From Candidatus Babeliales bacterium (GTDB taxonomy: Bacteria > Babelota > Babeliae > Babelales > JANWKD01), in the NCBI GenBank assembly GCA_963722255.1, contig CAVRJO010000001.1:736001-800000 (forward strand): a DNA stretch of 64,000 nucleotides, read 5' to 3'. This document shows, in pieces, positions 60,433 through 64,000 of the stretch (positions are counted from its first letter, which is position 1; every line of letters starts with the position of its first letter). The notes beneath the pieces were generated by a model. That model ran no database searches. It saw only the letters and a program-made list of their open reading frames with translations, and was not told the DNA's origin. A program made the translations under genes and the position numbers.

Positions 60433-61029
60433 TTATCTGCTCCAGAGTGAACTGAAACAGGTAGGGCAATGATAATGCCATAAGGCACCAAAGCCTATAA
60501 TGAAAGGAATTGAAAAGAGAAACTTTGCTTTAAGGCAATATACAGATTTTGTTTTAATATAAACATTCCAGCCTTCTTCTGTTTTGGCGAGCGCTTCAAG
60601 AAGCGATTGGTCTTCGTCCTCAGGACTGTCTTCAACTACACCAATTACTTTTTTACAGGCAAAAAGATTTGCTTTTAAATTGTGTATCCCATAAACAAAT
60701 TCAAACGTATTAACATTCTTTGATAACCAATAACCCAAAAAACTATATCGTTTAGTCTCTTGTAAAAAAACTCTTTTCTCAGAATTATATTCAATTATAG
60801 AAATATTATTTCTTTTTCGCTCTGCTGCAAGAGATCGTAAAGCCTCCTTGTTTTCAGAAGATTGCGGAAAATAACCACTCAGCTGATGTGTTTTTTGAGC
60901 GTTCTCAAATAATTCACTCAAAAACATCCATTGTCGCTCTTGACGCTTTTTCTCTTCCATAGCCTCTAACAATGAATAAGACAAAATAAAAAATAAGGCA
61001 CAAATAAAGGATAGAATGTATTTTTTCAT
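60433..61029 (-). CDS. Secreted protein with C-terminal membrane segment
   Basis: Signal peptide LEA|ME; FLFSIPFIIGFGALWHY. Confidence 0.72.
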   Translation of the reverse strand: MKKYILSFICALFFILSYSLLEAMEEKKRQERQWMFLSELFENAQKTHQLSGYFPQSSENKEALRSLAAERKRNNISIIEYNSEKRVFLQETKRYSFLGYWLSKNVNTFEFVYGIHNLKANLFACKKVIGVVEDSPEDEDQSLLEALAKTEEGWNVYIKTKSVYCLKAKFLFSIPFIIGFGALWHYHCPTCFSSLWSR

Positions 61030-61109
61030 GGTATTTAAAATTTTTGAATTTTTGTTAATGCGCGAATAGTCGATCCTTCGCTTTTAGGGTAAAACCTCGA
61101 AGTATTATA

Positions 61110-61382
61110 AAGCTTCCGCCTACGCTTATCCATGCTTTCCAGCTTGGCAAGCTACGTCGGACAAGTCTTTGGACAATCTTCGCCTCATCTTGCTGGCGGC
61201 AGCCAATCGTAGCCGTAGGTCAACTTCGTAGTAGTCCAGTCTTCGCTTGCAGTGGAATAACTTCGAAGTAAAATTGAGCTTCGACGGACAGACTTCGTTT
61301 ATATAACCAAATTACAGCTCATTAAAAGATTGGCGAAGCCAGACGTAGTTTGCCGAGCCGGAAGGCCCGGATAAACGAAGTC
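61110..61382. repeat. GC-rich REP-like repeats in the 3' trailer of tmRNA-2
   Basis: Shares blocks with 59088-59231; multiple CTTCG/CGAAG hairpin motifs. Confidence 0.7.
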
Positions 61383-61822
61383 TGGTGGAGGCGATGGGAA
61401 TCGAACCCATGTCCGCAACATATCAAGCTCAAAGCACGCTACATGTTTAGTTTTCGAATATACTGTGCCAAACCTCGAAAACAGAATATTTAAGCACAGC
61501 CCAGTTCAGTATTTTTTCTAGTTACACTCCTGGAAGAATTCTTACTAGAAAGTCTTATCTTGTATTATACGTGTCAGCGCAACTGATAAGCACGCCTTGC
61601 TGACAAGTTTTCAAATAGCTTTAAGCTTATTACGCTGCAGCTGCGGCACTCCAAGTGCCGAATGCATTTGCGCTAACATAGCCTAAATGTGCTAATGAAG
61701 AATCGCCTTTTACAGCGTTTGCATTTTTTGCATTTATAGTTTGACCGCTTTTTCCAAGTTCTCAGCCGAAACTCGACATGCTCTTTGACCCATCAATACC
61801 ACGTCGAAGCCTGTACGCCCCC
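61383..61822 (-). ncRNA. ssrA: tmRNA copy 2 (440 nt); tag AKNANAVKGDSSLAHLGYVSANAFGTWSAAAAA** at 61731-61630
   Basis: Same tRNA-like ends as copy 1; ATAAAT-GCA resume context; open frame to tandem TAA TAA. Confidence 0.93.
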
Positions 61823-61851
61823 AAAATTTCAAAGAAATATACTTTATTTTT

Positions 61852-61880
61852 AGAATAACAATGCATTGACAAAATGTCAA
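61852..61880 (-). promoter_or_regulatory. Sigma70-like promoter of tmRNA-2
   Basis: TTGACA-N17-TATTCT with extended -10 TG on the minus strand. Confidence 0.65.
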
Positions 61881-61897
61881 AAATACCTGTTATTTTC

Positions 61898-63081
61898 CTT
61901 AACACCTGACAAAATTTAACACTCATCAAAGACTCTGTTTTGCAAAAAGTGTATACTTTGTGAAAAACAAAGGAGTAAATAAGGTGAGAATGATGGGTGG
62001 ATCAATAATACACTTGGCAAAAGTTATCGAAGAAGATTTAGCAGAGAGAGATATACGTTTAAGCAAGCCACAAAGGATAGGTTTGGCAGATTTGCATCAG
62101 CAGCATCAGTAATAACATGTCGCAATGTTAACACATCAGAATTAGCAACAGTGCTGCCAAGAAAAGTCAAAAGTGATGAGGAGCGTTATCGCTATATTAA
62201 TCGTTGGCTTGCCAATGATAAAATTGATTGTGATACGTTACTAGAAGGCTTTATCCCTGAATTAATAGAACTTATACATGCAAATGGCCAGATCATTGTT
62301 TTATCAATGGATCAAAGTCAAATCAATAAAGAATTTGAATGTCTTATGGTTTCATTGCGAATTGGAGAACGTGCTATTCCTGTTGCATGGCGAGTAATTA
62401 AAACGCAAGGAGAAATTGGCTTTACCATTCAAAAACAACTGCTTGAGGCGGTGTTTGCTAACATACCAAGCTATGCAAAAATTATTTTAATGGCGGATAG
62501 ATTCTATGGGAATCCTGCGCTTATCCAATTATGTCAAAGTTTCAAATGGCGATACCGCATTCGCTTGAAAGGTAATCTTATTCTTTTTCATCATGGTGGG
62601 GAATTGAGTTCTGGCGAGCTTATCAGATTAAAACAAACATCGTTGTGCAATGTTCAGTTGACATTATAATTCTGGCGTTACAACTAACATTGGTGCACTA
62701 CAAGATGAAGGCAAAGATGAACCTTGGATCATTGCTATGGATTGTGTTCCTACCGAATATAAAGTTCTTGATTATGGCATGCGATGGTCTATTGAGCCTA
62801 TGTTCTCAGACTTTAAATCAAGAGGCTTTGATATCACTACTACTCAGTTACGCCATGCAGAACGAATAGAACGTCTTATTCTTGTTTTAAGTGTTGCTTA
62901 TTATTGGGCTGTTTCCACCGGCATGCAGCCAGATCTTGAGCGTGCAAAACGTTCTAAAAAAAAACTGCGCGCAGTTTAACTTCCTTTTTCAAAAAAGGTA
63001 TTCGCTTTCTTCTGAAAGCCGCACTGTCATTGCTGGAAATTCCCCCTTTATGGCTTACTTTTAAAATTGTCAGGTGTTAAG
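61898..63081 (+). mobile_element. IS4-family insertion sequence with fragmented transposase
   Basis: TIR CTTAACACCTGACAA / TTGTCAGGTGTTAAG; GTTATTTTC duplicated at 61889-61897 and 63082-63090. Confidence 0.85.
61990..63080 (+). pseudogene. IS4-family transposase in several frames
   Basis: LSMDQS, LMADRFY and YGMRWSIEPMFSDFKSRGF in different frames; C-terminal SFFKKGIRFL frame starts after an A9 run. Confidence 0.8.
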
Positions 63082-63342
63082 GTTATTTTCCTCTAGATCT
63101 GCGTATGGCTGCATACTATAATATCTTAAATAACTCCATTTATCTTGATTTGCTGTGAAGCAATTTTGCAGGCCAGGTCAATCGATCGTCCTGCTTCTCT
63201 TATACTTTTGTTAGGAGCCCATTCCTTTTAAGTATTTAAATTTCAATTAGAAATAAAGATTGACTTTTAATATAATTCGTATATTCTTAAAATTAAAGTA
63301 AAAAAGATGTGTAAGAAATCATAAGGGCTTATGGAGGATTTT

Positions 63343-64000
63343 ATGGAAAGAAAAATGAATTTATTAAAACTATTTTTTACCGTTCAATTATTTACTCTTC
63401 CTTTCTATCTTCTATGCATGAAAGAGTCCGATATTAACGAAATTCTTTTTCCTGAAGGTAAAAACTTTAATTTTTATATCACTCATGATGATCAAAATCT
63501 TCAGTCAGAAAAAGTAGAGCTTTCACAAAATGAAGTAAAACTTCTGATAAAAGCTACATCAATAAGAAATCTAGTCTTAGATACTTATGATTGTACAAAT
63601 TTTAGTGAACAATCTGATTATTATTTCGTAATACAATCCATTGTCGATCTGAATCAATTGAAAAAATTTTTAGAGCAAGTTTCATCAAGCTTATGTAGTG
63701 ATGAAATTATGCTTGATCAGTATGATCAAATATCATTAAACAATATACTAAATAGTTTAAATTTAGAGCCTCATGATGTCGCCAGTTGGGCACAGATTTA
63801 TCAAATTTTAGGTTTTGAAAATGAATATTTAAAATCAATAATTAATCATCATGCTCTTCAAATAGATTTGTATAACCTCGAGAATAATTTACCACAGTTG
63901 CAAGACTTTATAGGGGTAACAAAATTACAAAATCAAAGAGAATTTGATCTATTTCAATTTTTGATTAAGAATCATCCACAAACTTGCATTCGACAACAAA
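63343..64000 (+). CDS. Secreted hypothetical protein, runs off the window
   Basis: GGAGG RBS; open frame MERKMNLLKLFFTVQLFTLPFYLLC|MKESDINE... to the window end. Confidence 0.75.
   Translation, partial: MERKMNLLKLFFTVQLFTLPFYLLCMKESDINEILFPEGKNFNFYITHDDQNLQSEKVELSQNEVKLLIKATSIRNLVLDTYDCTNFSEQSDYYFVIQSIVDLNQLKKFLEQVSSSLCSDEIMLDQYDQISLNNILNSLNLEPHDVASWAQIYQILGFENEYLKSIINHHALQIDLYNLENNLPQLQDFIGVTKLQNQREFDLFQFLIKNHPQTCIRQQ

Noticed and set aside
59232..61822. Genomic island integrated at ssrA (attL/attR duplication)
   Set aside because: Both copies are full length, internally diverged with compensatory changes, and have promoters; there is no integrase between or beside them
62956..62964. A9 run as a functional frameshift in the IS4 transposase
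   Set aside because: Possible, but the gene has other upstream breaks, so it cannot be told apart from decay or error
63090..63240. Possible ncRNA or gene remnant next to the IS4 element
   Set aside because: Only a short start-less minus-strand frame; no recognisable motif or structure

Overview
AT-rich bacterial window. The gene content suggests an intracellular parasite of protists such as Ca. Dependentiae/Babelota (TM6); this is an inference. Housekeeping genes (two alanine:cation symporters, ruvX, tsaB, rpsA, two ndk, murI, SOD, gnd/zwf/pgi, ruvA, tRNA-Gly, jag, mnmE, OmpA lipoprotein, Rne/Rng) are interspersed with many signal-peptide proteins carrying eukaryote-like domains (Skp1/BTB-like, beta-propeller, ankyrin, C2H2 finger, GNAT, J-domain). 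There are also four AAA+/DUF4143 ATPases, a toxin-immunity pair and four IS elements. The main finding is two complete, diverged tmRNA (ssrA) genes 1.8 kb apart. Each has its own promoter, compensatory stem changes and a completely different tag (ANFGLAAPALALS versus a 33-aa tag ending AAAAA). Other findings: 23 secreted proteins have Met immediately after the predicted signal cleavage site; a cluster of exported J-domain proteins has and lacks HPD; an IS1202-type element splits a 972-aa toxin; and a cyclase-family hydrolase sits where pgl would be expected. Several homopolymer frameshifts (rpsA, zwf) are probably assembly errors. All calls were made by eye from motifs, with no database searches.
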